A stretch of 64,000 bases of DNA from Octopus sinensis (GCF_006345805.1 NC_042999.1:154628001-154692000); one strand, 5' to 3'. Shown: positions 26,236 through 40,455, counted from the first letter of the stretch. The notes: generated from the sequence alone by a model not told the origin. Numbers and translations: made by a program.

Positions 26236-26240
<5 letters not shown>
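25225..26240 (+). mobile_element. Penelope-like element 3' part: GIY-YIG endonuclease remnant and downstream terminal region
   Basis: KRQHKSLKRLLTNAKL...KKCGRPNCGTCPNL (CxxxxCxxC linker), then YIGQTSMTLRRRTTLHKEQIR...FTVFPFYQ...RLNKENLFIKKY. Bounded by (TA)n. Confidence 0.85.
26136..26168 (+). ncRNA. Degenerate minimal type I hammerhead-like motif
   Basis: tgtc-GTGATTA-gc gaaa gc-GAAAC tg GTC-gaca: two core substitutions relative to CUGAUGA, 4-bp stem I. Confidence 0.45.
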
Positions 26241-26318
<78 letters not shown>

Positions 26319-26424
26319 AGGAAAAGGATGCGTGGCGTTCGATCATGTAATAATATAAATAATATATAAATATATCCATATATACATACATATATGTACA
26401 TACCTACATATATACGTGTATATA

Positions 26425-26490
26425 CAGGGGTTGGACAAAATAATGGAAACACCTTAAAATTTCAAAGATTTTTTTTTAATATGGGGTAGG
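26425..26490 (+). mobile_element. Tc1-like left terminus
   Basis: TA|CAGGGGTTGGACAAAATAATGGAAACACC, typical Tc1 TIR form. Confidence 0.6.
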
Positions 26491-26544
26491 ACCGTTGTGT
26501 GTGTGTGTGTCTGTGTGTGTGTGTCTGTGCGTGTGTGTGTGTGA

Positions 26545-26582
<38 letters not shown>

Positions 26583-26924
26583 ATGTATGTATGTATGTAT
26601 GTATGCACACGTATGAAAAGTTCCTGGCTCGGGGTAAAACAAAATACAAGAGGATCAGTTAATTATAACGACTAATGGAGGAAGAATGAATGAGGAAATG
26701 CGAAAGAATAAAAGATAGAATGATTGAGTGACAGAGATAGATTTTTGAATGGCTGAAGCAGCAGGTATTTCGATGAATACAAGCTGCAACGTCTTTGTCG
26801 TAGAATTTGCGAGAAATTTATTTGTAAAGAAAAAGAAAAGGAATTGAAAAATACGCTTAATGATTATATAAGTTCACATGCACGCACACACACACACACA
26901 CACCACACACGTATGTATGTATGA

Positions 26925-27260
26925 ATGTCATTATTCAGTTTATTTCCAGGTTTCTTGCCAATAGAGAAAGAACCGATTTCTAACCTAAATCCAGGGTTCC
27001 TTAATTGGAATTTCAACATCAATAACAGGGTATTTTTGTTTCTTAGTGTGTGTGTATGTATGTATGTATGTATGTATGTATGTATGTATGTATGTGCAGA
27101 TTTGTATGTTTTATGTATGTATTCTCATGCATAGAGTTACATATCTGAACATGCTCATAAATGATAAACTTCTGGAAAGTTTTACAGATTTTTACAGTTC
27201 CAGTGAAGGGTTGGATTTACCTTTCTGGATTTGAGATGCCTAATTTCTCAAGATTGGTAT
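26925..27260 (+). mobile_element. Unclassified repeat with internal (TATG)n; inverted copy at ~34000-34375
   Basis: Shared tcattattcagtt...ccaatagagaaagaacc...aacagggtatttttgtt block. Confidence 0.7.
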
Positions 27261-27289
27261 TTAGGCAGTGTTAATTATCCCGGGGCCCC

Positions 27290-27727
27290 AATAATTACAG
27301 GTATAAACCTGAACTTGTAATCTGGATAGAGTAACTGCAGATTTCTCAACAGTTCAGCATAGTTGTTCTCTTTTCCACTAATCTTCAGCTTTTATGTTAA
27401 AATCCGCTGGGCAGCTAATTTCCACAACTGTCAATTTCTCTTCACTATCCCAAATCATTATATCAGGTCTGTTGTGCTTACATTTTATTCAGGTCTTCAC
27501 TAGGACATTCCACCAGTATTCCTTTTTTTATTATGAGTGGCTATGGCTTCTACCATATTGTGGGGTTTTATTTCTTTGTCCCTGGAATTATCCTTCCGAC
27601 GGATTTCATTATAGAGTGTCCTAGCTACAACGTCATATCTCATCGATAGATAATACCGTAATGACATTTTCGGACAGCTGCTTATGGTGTGGATGATATC
27701 TTCAGTGTGAACTCCACAAAGTCTGCA
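27290..27727 (-). pseudogene. RLE-clade LINE C-terminus (CCHC + RLE)
   Basis: [40 protein letters not shown]...RPDIMIWD...VEISCPAD. Confidence 0.85.
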
Positions 27728-28262
27728 TGTATGTATGTATGTATGTATGTATGTATGTATGTATGTATGTATGTATGTATGTATGTATGTATGTATGTAT
27801 GTGTCGTGACGAGTCGTCGTCACATTGTTGTGACGTGAATTTAACAAGTTAGAGAGAGACGCAAAGGGAGAAGCTACGAGTCAGTCGAGATTTGGACGTC
27901 TACACAAGAACCACCGGTCGAAGAGAAGAACATGAAATTCTTGCTTCAGAAGTTTTGACGTGGGTTCAAGCTCTAAATTTTAATTCCTCCTCCAATTTAA
28001 TTTAAGATTTAGTAATATCTATTTGGAGGAGGGTAGTCACAGAAAACAATACGAAGTGCTAACATTTTAAACAGTAATCGATATATTTCGAAATAATTCT
28101 CATAATTCATCAAAATACATATGTGTGAACCAATATAAGTTAGTTTTTAAGAATACGATGTGCTAATTCCCTTAATTTCGAACGTTGTCACACCTTATGA
28201 AAGTACCGAACGATTCATCGACGAAAATTTTATTTTATTTCATCCTTGTTACCACAAAAACA

Positions 28263-28525
28263 GAGATAAATATCTCGGTATCAAAAATCAAAGAAAAGAT
28301 GGCGGACTGGAAATACGGACTTCATAAATAAATATAGCCAGATGACGGCTTGTGAAAAATAGAGATAAATATTTCGTTATCAAGGATACGCAGAAAAATG
28401 ACTGAATGGAATTGCAAATTTCAATGCAACACAGAATATAACAATGTGACAGTCTTGTGGACACTTCGTTTGTAATGACAAAGGAGATAAATACTTCGAT
28501 ATCAAGATACGAAGATAAATAACTG
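28263..28525. repeat. Old tandem repeat, ~100-120-bp unit, with a conserved 22-bp core GAGATAAATAYYTCGNTATCAA (x3 plus a partial copy)
   Basis: Cores at 28263, 28362 and 28484; intervening segments weakly similar to each other. Confidence 0.7.
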
Positions 28526-29436
28526 ACCGGATATACAGACTCTTTTATCTGTTTGATTATAAATATGTCCAAAAGTTCGTTCTAGAAATTGTCATTTAAC
28601 AGCAGTGAGTTCTTATTCTTCTTTTTCGTTTTCTTCTCTTCGAATGGTGGTTCTTGTCAAGACGTCCAAGCCTCGACTGACTTTTAGCTTCTTTCTAACT
28701 CGTTAAATACACGTCACGACAATATGTATAACTTGTAAGGCGGCGAGCTAGCAGACTCGTTAGCACGCCGGGCGAAATGCTTAGCAGTATTTCGTCTGCC
28801 GTTACGTTCAGAGTTCAAATTCCGCCGAGGTCGACTTTGCCTTTCATCCTTTCAGGGTCGATTAAATAAGTACCAGTTACGCACGGGAGTCGATATAATC
28901 GAAGTTAAATATTAATGTTGCTTTTTTTTTTAAAATTTTATTGCCCGTTTTTTTCCATGCTTACCCTTCCTGACACTAACTCTTATCTGTTTATCCAAGT
29001 AAAGTAGTAAAGTATAACTTTCTTCACACGTCTTCCAAACGAGAAGCTGTCAACAGACAACACCGATTGTAGTGATGTTTCCGAGCTCGCTGACAGCTAA
29101 ACCACACACACATAGGACCAATCCGTCGGTTGCGACGACGAGGGTCCCAGCTGATACGATCAACATAACAGATTGCTCGTGAAATTAACGTGCAAGTGGC
29201 TGAGCACTCCAGAAACACGTGTATCCTTAACGTAGTTTTCGGGGAGATTCAGCGTGACACAGAGAGTGACAAAGCTGGCCCTTTGAAATACAGGTAACGT
29301 AAAATAAAGTGACTTGCACAGGACAACGCGCCACCGAGAATTGAACTCACGACCTTACGATCATGTGCCGAATGCCCCTAACCACTAAGCCACGCGCCTT
29401 TATAACCACACACATACACTATGATATTTATATATA

Positions 29437-29565
29437 TTGGGTCATCCCATAAATAATGCGGATTTTTCAATTGTATGAACTAAACGTCGGAGGGGGACGG
29501 GATAAACTACCTGCATCAACTTGCTTAAAAGCAGGTAGTAATTTTACCTTGTTCTTATTCTTAAT
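29437..29565 (+). mobile_element. Mariner-like terminal fragment
   Basis: TA|TTGGGTCATCCCATAAATAATGCGG; related stub at 41222-41252. Confidence 0.5.
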
Positions 29566-29610
29566 GCAGTGAAGGTGCATGGCTCAGTGATTAGAGCTTC
29601 GAGCTTACGA

Positions 29611-29847
29611 GCTTACTTATAATCTTATATCTCCTGAGCTGAGCAAAATATTTTTATAATAAATATTTCGTCGCAGCGATTTTCTCTTGACACAAAAGAA
29701 ATTTGCTATTTTCTATTTAGTTAAATAGCTGTCTATTGAGACCAAATTGACAAACGCACGGAACCGGTGAGACGTTAAGTTTAATATGTGAAACTTCATG
29801 AAATTACACACCAACTGAACACGTTTATATAGCTATTGTTGTTGTTA

Positions 29848-29908
<61 letters not shown>

Positions 29909-30143
29909 GCTATCTAAACGTATTCAGTTGGTGTGAAATTTCGTGAAGAATCACAATGTATAACATAACGCCTCATTGGTTCTGTGTGTTTGCCAATTTA
30001 GTCTCAATCAACAGACAACTGATTTACTCAAAAGAAAATTTCTTTTGTGTCAAGCAAACGAAAGAGAACATTTCCGAGAAGAATAAATTTATTATGAAAA
30101 TGTTTTTGCTTAACTCAGCAGATATTAAAGATATTAAGTAAGC
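29611..30143. mobile_element. Foldback element: ~225-235-bp imperfect inverted arms around an (ATT)n centre (29834-29908)
   Basis: Matching blocks include cttgacacaaaagaaa / tttcttttgtgtcaag and cacaccaactgaa / ttcagttggtgtg. Confidence 0.85.
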
Positions 30144-30749
30144 TGCAATCTGATGAAAAATCGATAAAAAAATATTTTCTCACTTGAAAAAGCTTTATTT
30201 ATACGCAAATCTATAGATAGATACATACATACATACAAACTTTCATACATGTATACATATCACGTGACCGACCAGACCATCAGGTGTTGCTACACATCGC
30301 TGTTTTAGCCTTCGATTGACGCCACCCCGCTAGCTAAGCGAGCAGGCCAACAGGCGAAAGAGTGAGAGAAAGAGTGGTGAAAGAGTACAGCAGGGATCAC
30401 GACCCCCTGCCGGAGCCTCGTGGAGCTTTTAGGTGTTTTCGCTCAATAAACACACACAACACCCGGTTTGGGAATCGAAACCGCGATCCTACGACCGCGA
30501 GTCCGCTGCCCTAACAACTGGGCCATTGCGCCTCCACACATGTATATATATATAATTTCATATATACATACATACATCATCTGCTTTCGCAAAGATCTAC
30601 ATTGTTAAAGCTCAATAAAAAATGTTGAATCATTACACCACATTAATCCACTTTTCCATCTGCTGTGATTTCACATTCCTTGAATAATTTCACTATTTAA
30701 TATCTATAGAAACGAATCGAGACATCGATAGTGATTTGTAGCACAGTGT

Positions 30750-30872
<123 letters not shown>

Positions 30873-33114
30873 CCAAAAGAACCGGCTATGCAAGCAAAAG
30901 TAAATATTGAAAACAACACGTCCAGATTTGAACATACGACAGTTTAACATAATAGCAACGATATATATTCCTTTATTCTTTTACTTGTTTCAGTGATTTG
31001 ACTTTGGCCATGCTGGAGCACCGCCTTTAGTCGAACAAATTGGCCCCAGAACTTATTCTTTGCGAGCCTAGTACTTATACCCACATCATAAGAAGTTGTT
31101 CTGAAATGTCATCAGGGTATTTATTTCTTTATTGCCCACAGGGGGTTAAAAATAGAGGGGACAAACAAAGAGTTTAAGTCGATTATTATATATTTATTTC
31201 GTTATTGTCCACAGGGGGCTAAACATAGAGGGGACAAACAAGGACAGACAATGGGATTAAGTCGATTACATCGACTCCAGTGCGTAACTGGTACTTATTT
31301 AATCTACTCCAGAAGGATGAAAGGCAAAGTTGACCTCGGCGGAATTTGAACTCAGAACGTAAAGACAGACGAAATACCAGTTTCATTACTACCCACAAGG
31401 GGCTAAACACAGAGAGGACAAACAAGGACAGACAAACGGATTAAGTCGTTTGCATCGACCCCAGTGCGTAACTGGTACTTAATTTATCGACCCCGAAAGG
31501 ATGAAAGGCAAAGTCGACCTCGGCGGAATTTGAACTCAGAGCGTAGCGGCAGACGAAATACGGCTACGCATTTCGCCCGGCGTGCTAACGTTTCTGACAG
31601 CTCACCGCCTTTCCTATTATATATTGAATAGCCTCTTTCATCCCTCCACCTACCTTTGTATTACTTTTCTGTCCCACCCAACATGTCTTTGTAAAGTCCT
31701 CCCCCTTTTTAATGTTCTATGCATTTTTACATTGATTTCACCGTCTCACCATCAGTACACAGGATCAGAGGGTTTTAATCGTGTTATCTTTCCCATTGTA
31801 TAAGTGTCATAAATATTTTTATAAGTCAATGCCTCTTTCTGAGAAATATCTAAACGAATGTACTAAAATATTATACGTTGTTATTCTACATGGGTGAGGA
31901 CATAGATTGAAAGTAAACTCTTATAATCTGCAGGCCATAAATAACTTACAGTTGCAGTAACTTCTTTATCAAATGAAAAGAATGAAAAGATGTATTTCAG
32001 TTAAAGATTAACGAAAATAAAGCCGTCATTTAATTCCCGTATTCGTTCTAAAGCCCTGGTAATCGGTGGCCTCCTGGTTCAGTGTGGCTATTGTACATTA
32101 GTTAAAGCCCAAAGGATTAAGGCTTCTGCTCGGAAATAAAGCGAAATTTTATGATTGATTTCGGTTCGATATTTATGTGAGTAGCTTCATACTTAGTCGT
32201 TCAGTAATTTCACTTTTAAACACTAATATGCTTACATATAGGTAAATACAGAAATAGTCTCTGAGGAAAATTCTCTTGATAGATTAATACGTTTCAAAAG
32301 ACATAAAATAAAAATAAATGCGCCCTTTTAAAGCCTAGCCAGGCTCATGGGCCCGGTTTCCCGGTTTCTATGGCGTATGTGTTCCCCAGCTGGACGGGAC
32401 GCCAGTCCATCGCAGCATTACTCATTTTTCCAGCTGAGTGGACTGGAGCAATGTGAAATGAAGTGTTTTGCTCAAGAACACAACGCGTCGCCCGGTCCAG
32501 GAATCGAAACCACAATCTTACGATCATGGTGCTGACTCCCTAACCACTAAGCCTAACCACTTCACATATATGTACAAAATGAAACATAACATTTCGAAGA
32601 AAATTGTGATGTGTGTTAGTATGTATGTATGCGTGCTCGCCATTTTTCTGTTCACATCAAATTCCTATATAATCGTAATGCATCCAGTTTGAATATTTGT
32701 AGAAATTTTCATTTAAAACTACTCATTTTTCTGAAAGTTCTGATGAAACATAACCGACTCGTATGAATTTTTTTTGAAACGCCTCTCTTCATTCACCTAA
32801 AAAATAATTTTTCACATATTCCGACATAATTGGAATATCCCTTATCTAAAGTGTATTTGTTAAAAATTTCATTCAAAAAATGTTAATATTTTGTAAGTTA
32901 TGAAGAAACAAATTCGGTAGGCATATTTGTGTATGTCTGTCCATTGCTTTTGCATTATTATCTATCTACATATCGGTTTGCTTCGCTTCACTTTCATTTT
33001 GTATGCAACAATATTTAATTATATAACTGCATGTTATAAATAAACTGTAGTGTGATGGAGGAAAAAGACAACAGAAAAATATGCAAAAGGGAGAAAGAAA
33101 TACAGAGACCTTAC

Positions 33115-33330
33115 CTGTTGACCTAGACGGGATGAGCGATCACTATCAAGAATAAACAAGTCTTTGCACGCTGCCGTCTCTCATCGAACAGCCCGCACGT
33201 GCTTTTTGCCCACGCATGCCCCTGTGGCTCTTCCGCATGCCCCTGAAGTCTTCCCTCCGTTTACCTTATCTGCAATCCTCTCCACCAACACCACATAGCT
33301 CATCACAGCTCATAACACCACAAACGCCAC
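33115..33330 (-). promoter_or_regulatory. Candidate first/non-coding exon and promoter-proximal region of a minus-strand gene
   Basis: Strong donor CAG|GTAAGG at 33115. Unique, locally GC/CpG-richer island with an E-box CACGTG (~33196) and two CGCATGCCCCTG repeats. No long ORF. Confidence 0.3.
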
Positions 33331-35308
33331 ATAAACAAAGAATATATTTCTTTCTTCGGGTTGCTTCAAAGTGGTGAATATAATGTAACAGCAATAGGCT
33401 CAATTTTTCACTCCATATAAACGTGAATATGATAACGGTATTTACGATGATTTTCTGAAAAGGAGTAAATTGATGTGTTATATTCAGCTGACAATATTCT
33501 ATATATAGGATTGTTTTTTGTATTTTAGAAGATTAAGTTACTATAAATATTAACTGGGATTTTCTAATATGTTTCTAACATGGCTGTTTATATGTGTATA
33601 AGTTACACAAATGTATACATATGCTAGCATTTCGTTATTTATGCATCCAGTTAAATGCATAACGATTATGCCTTTTTCATTTTTCCATACAAGCATGAAT
33701 TGACGCTCATAAAAAACGAAATAAGTCTTTAAAGTTTTAAGCCTGCACTCTTCTAAAGAAAAGAATAAAGAGATAAAACAGATGAAAAGAGGGAAAAGTA
33801 TGTGGAAAAATAAATGCCCGGAGCGCATGTCTTCACACACACAGACACATGCAAAAAAACACATATATAGTGCATACATACATACATACATACATACATA
33901 CATACATACATACATACATACATACATACATACATACATACATACATCAATAAATAAATAAATACACATATACATTCGTACATGCATAAATACCAATCTT
34001 GTGAAATTAGGTTTCTCAAAACCAGAAAGGAGAAAGCTAATTCGAAGACTACAGATCCAATCCATCACTGGAACTGTAAAAAGCTGTAAAACTTTCCAGA
34101 AGTTTATCATTTAAATATATATATGAGAATGTCTAGATATGTAGCTATATGCACGAGTATACATGCGTAAAACAAAATATACAAATCTGCGTATACATAC
34201 ATACATGCATGCGTACATACATACATACATACATACATACATACATACATACATACATACAAACAAAAATACCCTGTTGTTAATGTTGAAATTCCAATGA
34301 AGGAACTTTGGAACTAAGATAGAAACCGGTTCTTTCTCTATTGGCAAGAAATCTTGAAATCAACTGAATAATGAACTCCATACATACATTCGTACATACA
34401 TATACATATATGCATACATACATCAGTAAATACATATGTACATATTAATTTTTCCATTAAATCCATTATCATCCCGGTTACATGCTGGAACTGCTAGAGT
34501 TATTAATGTAACCTATAATTTCTTCGTGGTTGACATCAAGGTTTATGCTAAAGACGTTAACAATGCCTAAAAACAACTGTAATTAATAACATTTTCAACT
34601 GACAAAAGAATCGAATTTGACCAAAAGAAATGTGGAAAATCAGTACCCAGTGCCCAAAACATGTATTTTTCAATAGTCTCACTATCAGCCCTCTCCCACA
34701 CAAAGAATGTTACAAGCACCTAGGATTTGATGAAAATGTGCCGTGCGAAAGTACTGTGAATGAAGATACAATGACCCTAAAATATTATGCCAGACTTCTA
34801 AAATATGGCACTCGCAACTCTCCTCTTACACCACAATATCCCACAATACATTTACAGTACCAGTGCTGATTCCAACTTTTAGGATACTTGACTGGTCTGT
34901 AGAAGAAATCCACTCCATAGACGTTAAACCTGCAAGATTCTGAAATTAGCTGAAAATCTTTACAGAACTAGTGAAACCGACAGTCTCTACATAAGAAGAG
35001 ACGAAGAAAGTAGAGGCGTGAGATCAGTGCTGACAGCCTTCGAATGTCGCATAGTCTCTCTCAGACAGCACTTGCTAAGCAACAGCAGCAAAAAATAAAT
35101 GCATTAAATTAGTGCTGAAAAATGAAGAGAACAATATCCTACGTTTCGGCAGCGAGCTCCTCAAGAAGCATTCTTTTCCTGATGATCTCCCATACAATTC
35201 CAAATCAGCCAGACTGACGTACTTTAGAGAAGACCTAGGTGTGAATCGCTTAGTGTGTCATAAAATGACCATGCATGCGTATGCTTCATGAAGACTTATA
35301 TACAATAA

Positions 35309-35696
35309 CTAGCAGTATCGCCCGGCGTTGCTCGGGTTTGTAAGGGAAATAACTATAAAGCATTTTTAGAGAGTTATAGCCAAAAAATAGCAAAAAAATG
35401 GGAAAAAAATTATGGTAAATTTTTTGGGGGGTAGTTAAAAAGGTCGAGTTACGTCCCCTAGACAGTCTGTGGTTTGTGTTTCTGATTCTCGACCCCATGT
35501 CGAATTTATCGATTTTTTTTTCAGAACTGGGGGAACTTTTCAAAATTTTCGCTGCGTTAGTTTTGAATTAGGACATTGGGCTATGTGTGTGTCAAGTTTC
35601 ATCAGAATCGGTTGAAAGCCGTGGTCAGGGTGAGGGTACAACCTAACAGACACACAGACACGCAGACAGACAAACTGCCGTTTATATAGAGAGAGA
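35309..35696 (-). mobile_element. Non-autonomous Helitron-like element, subtype C
   Basis: Same 3' hairpin+CTAG, 5' TCTCTCTC, A|T target; different interior containing AAGTTTCATCAGAATCGG. Confidence 0.8.
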
Positions 35697-35964
35697 TAAT
35701 ACCGACATGAAACGAAGCCTTTCTTGGACTCGTGACAGCTACATCACATCACACTTCGAAGGTTTTGTATTTGTATTCTAAGAACAGGGAATTGTTACGA
35801 AATACCTAATCAACAAAAAGAGACAGTGAAGACCTTGGAGTTCTAAGATCCGACTGAAAATGTACATTTTTTTCATGTTTCTGTGGAAGATATCACACGT
35901 GATTAGCAGCTTCCCAAAAATGTCATCAAGGTACTACTTCCCTATACGACATTACATAGTCACA

Positions 35965-36973
<1,009 letters not shown>

Positions 36974-37009
36974 GTATGTATGTATGTATGTATATGTATA
37001 TGTATATGT

Positions 37010-37241
37010 ATAGGTATATGGCATATTTTGGTCATATTATGCGGAGAAAATCCCTGGAGAAGGACATCATGCTCGGAATGGTCAGTGGCAAGAGAGGAAG
37101 AGGCCGACCAAGAACCCGCTGGCTTGACACCATCAAGAGTGATACCGGAATGGATATTGCCAATCTGAAAGAAGCGACCCAGGATAGAACTGACTGGAGG
37201 ACACTGATCCATGGAGTAAACGAGTGTCGACTTCGACTAAG

Positions 37242-37243
<2 letters not shown>
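37010..37243 (+). pseudogene. RTE (BovB-like) LINE 3' end
   Basis: [44 protein letters not shown]. Confidence 0.9.
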
Positions 37244-37314
<71 letters not shown>

Positions 37315-37319
<5 letters not shown>

Positions 37320-37527
37320 ATCCAAACATGAAAACACAAAGAGAAAACACAACAACGCGAAGACGTGGAACAAGTATAGTGTTATTGGACGCTCAGGAAA
37401 GGAAAGAAAGAAGGAGGTTTTAACGTTTCGAGCGGAGCTCTTCGTCAGAAACATAGGAAAAGGAAAGATCCAAGGAAAGGAAGACGGAGGGAAAAAAATC
37501 ACCAACGGTACACACGCGGTCACATTT
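37315..37527 (-). mobile_element. ~210-bp (TA)n-adjacent element carrying a minimal hammerhead motif
   Basis: See hammerhead at 37417-37452. Confidence 0.5.
37417..37452 (-). ncRNA. Minimal type I hammerhead-like motif
   Basis: gttt-CUGACGA-a-gagc ucc gcuc-GAAAC-GUU-aaaac: intact core, palindromic AACGUU in place of stem III, 3-4-bp stem I. Confidence 0.55.
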
Positions 37528-37886
37528 TGAATATACACAATACCATTCGGAAAAAGGACTGTCCTGGAATAAATATAGAGGATCTCCCTGTGATTGAATA
37601 CGTACACAAACATCGAGAGAAGAAATACTGGTAGAACATTCCAATCAAAATGTCTGTCAAGTGTGAACGTAAAAGACCGAGTATTGTTATTTTCGGTAGA
37701 CAAGAAAAAGTATGTCCCCTCGTAGAGGTCAGCTGTCCTGCTGATGTGAATATCTCTTTGAAAATCAAAGAGAAAAAGGATAACTATGGGTAACTGCTTC
37801 GAAACCTCCAGCTTCTACATCCAGATTATAAATTCACATTTATATCGACAATAATTGGAGCGAATGGTTTTGTAAGTAAATGCATA

Positions 37887-38074
37887 TGTTGTGTGGACGC
37901 CCCCAGACGATGAAGTAAGCTAGCCCAATACGTAGATATAGAGGGAGAAGACTAGACGTCGTCAGAGAATAGTTGAGTAGTAGATGAAGTGAGCAGAGTA
38001 GAGTAGTAGAGCAGAGAAGAGTCGAGTTGAGTAGAGGTCATCAGAACGTGTGACATAACAGTGGTGACGAGGAT
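37887..38074 (+). mobile_element. Gypsy-like 5' LTR (37887-38060) plus primer-binding site (38062-38074)
   Basis: TGTTGTG...CATAACA termini followed by g-TGGTGACGAGGAT. Confidence 0.55.
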
Positions 38075-38817
38075 TTCGTAGCTCACACAGCCACTGTGTA
38101 GTATTGCGATAGCTGGCAGAAACGTTAGCACGCCGGGCGAAAGGCGTAGCCGTATTTCGTCTGTCGTTACGTTCTGAGTTCAAATTCCGCCAAGGTAGAC
38201 TTTGCCTTTCATCCCTTCGGGGTCGATTAAATAAGTACCAGTAACGCACTGGGGTCAATGTAATCGATTTGATCCGTTTGTCTGTTCTTGTTTGTCCTCT
38301 CTTTGTTTAGCCCCTTGTGGGTAGTAAAAAATAGATATAACAGCATAAATGACATAAATGACAACCAGAAAAAGAAGCCAACCCGCTCGCACGTTACAAA
38401 TACAATCTGTAAGCGGAACAGTACAAATATGCAAGACTTTCCTCAAGTTTAAAATGTAATGTTTTTGTTATCTACATTCCAATAATGGAAATTTGTATCT
38501 TTCTTAGAAACCAGCTTCTTCTTCAGATTTAGAATTTAATTAAATACTGAACAGAATATACAGACATACAATCAATCAATCTTGTGCTGAACACTCGAAT
38601 CTGAGCCAGTGTGGGTTTTTCACACGTTGGGATTACTATTACAATTATATACCTTATGTAAGATATATATGTGTGCGTGCGTGTGTGTGTGTGAGAAAGA
38701 GAGAGAGAGATTGTAGATGTGTATATTTGCACACTTGCAAATATACATATATATATATTACTTACATACATACATACACATATATGTATGTATATATACA
38801 CATATATACATATATGT

Positions 38818-38901
<84 letters not shown>

Positions 38902-39689
38902 GTGTGTATGTGTGTGTATGTATGTATGTATGTATGTATGTATGTATGTATGTGTATGTGTGTATGTGTGTGTGTGTGTGCATTCTTCTCTCTTTTTTCT
39001 TTTCCCTCTTAATCAATGGCTTCCTTCTTAATCTCTTAATCTCTCTTCTTTTCTCCAGAAACATGATGTTTCTCTGATATTTAGTTTTATCGATCTGTTG
39101 TCATTCCGTGTTTTTACACGCGCGCGCGCATACACACACACAGACTGATAACTATGAAATCACTCACCCACACAACCGATCCTCTGACCCTTAAACGAGC
39201 TGAGTCCCTTTCTTGCTGTCCTTCAACCTCATCAACAACCATTGCCATTGCTCCCTACTAAGTATCAGACATTAAAAGATAAGTACCGAAGTTGACTTAC
39301 TCGACTAAAAAACAGTTTCAATGCGCTGCTCCAGTATGGCCGCAGATCATTGACCGTAACAAGTAAAAAGATAAGACAAAATGTGGAATTTCCACGTTGT
39401 CTCTCTAACTGGTTTTTTTTGGGGTGGGGGTTATATGATGAAGTGGCCGAATCGGTGGAGCAGTGGACAAAACCTTTTGTAGTATTACGTTGCCTTTTGC
39501 GTTCCGAGTTCAAATCGTCCTCGGGTAAATTTTATCTTTTATCATTCTAAGAAACAGTTTAAGGCGACGGATTAGCGGAATCTGTTGAGGGATATTTGTT
39601 CCAGCGCTTCTTTTGTTCTGTGTTCAAATTGCGCCACTGCCACCTGGTATATTCGGTACCTTTAGAAGGATCCACTTTGTTACAAAGAT

Positions 39690-39893
39690 TCGGGCCAAGT
39701 CTCCTCTGGTTTAAGGATGTCACCCTCCTACCAGTTTTGGGAGCCGTGCAAAGATTCCTGGGAAATTACCTTCCCTTCTGACTGAGCAATAAAAAAGTAC
39801 AAGAACCAACACAATCAACTCTTCTATCCACCTCTGCACTTTCTGTCCATAGCCAATGAGGTAAATCCGAGGTGTCGTGATTGCTAGTTGAAA

Positions 39894-39958
<65 letters not shown>

Positions 39959-39983
39959 CATTATTATTTATCATTATTATTAT
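39690..39983 (+). pseudogene. RLE-clade LINE extreme 3' end followed by (TTA)n
   Basis: VTLLPVLGAVQRFLGNYL...VQEPTQSTLLSTSALS resembles the RLE tail; (TTA)n at 39894-39983. Confidence 0.6.
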
Positions 39984-39984
39984 A

Positions 39985-40411
39985 GCGCAGGAGTGGCTGT
40001 GTGGTAAAGTAGCTTGCTAACTAACCACATGGTTCCGGGTTCAGTCCCACTGCGTGGCATCTTGGGCAAGTGTCTTCTGCTATAGCCCCGGGCTGACCAA
40101 TGCCTTGTGAGTGGATTTGGTAGACGGAAACTGAGAGAAGCCTGTCGTATATATGTATATACATATATATATATGTGTGTGCGTGTGTGTGTGTGTTTGT
40201 GTGTCTGTGTTTGTCCCCCTAGCATTGCCTGACAACCGATGCTGGTGTGTTTACGTCCCCGTCACTTAGCGGTTCGGCAAAAGAGATCGATAGAATAAGT
40301 ACTGGGCTTACAAAGAATAAGTTCCGGGGTCGATTTGCTCGACTAAAGGCGGTGCTCCAGCATGGCCGCAGTCAAATGACTGAAACAAGTAAAAGAGTAA
40401 AAGAGTAAAAG

Positions 40412-40413
<2 letters not shown>
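39985..40413 (+). mobile_element. Family 3 SINE, full length, with internal microsatellite and (AAAAGAGT)n tail
   Basis: Head gcgcaggagtggctgtgtggta..ggttccgggttcagtccc. Copies at 46255-46654, 51308-51725, 59570-59985(-), 62660-62985(-) and others. Confidence 0.85.

Positions 40414-40455
<42 letters not shown>

Noticed and set aside
28263-28505. CRISPR-like repeat-spacer pattern
   Set aside because: Eukaryotic context, only 3 imperfect repeats, 77-100-bp spacers that resemble each other, and no cas genes.
31955-32125. Minus-strand donor/acceptor pair
   Set aside because: All three frames contain stops; could only be non-coding, with no further support.
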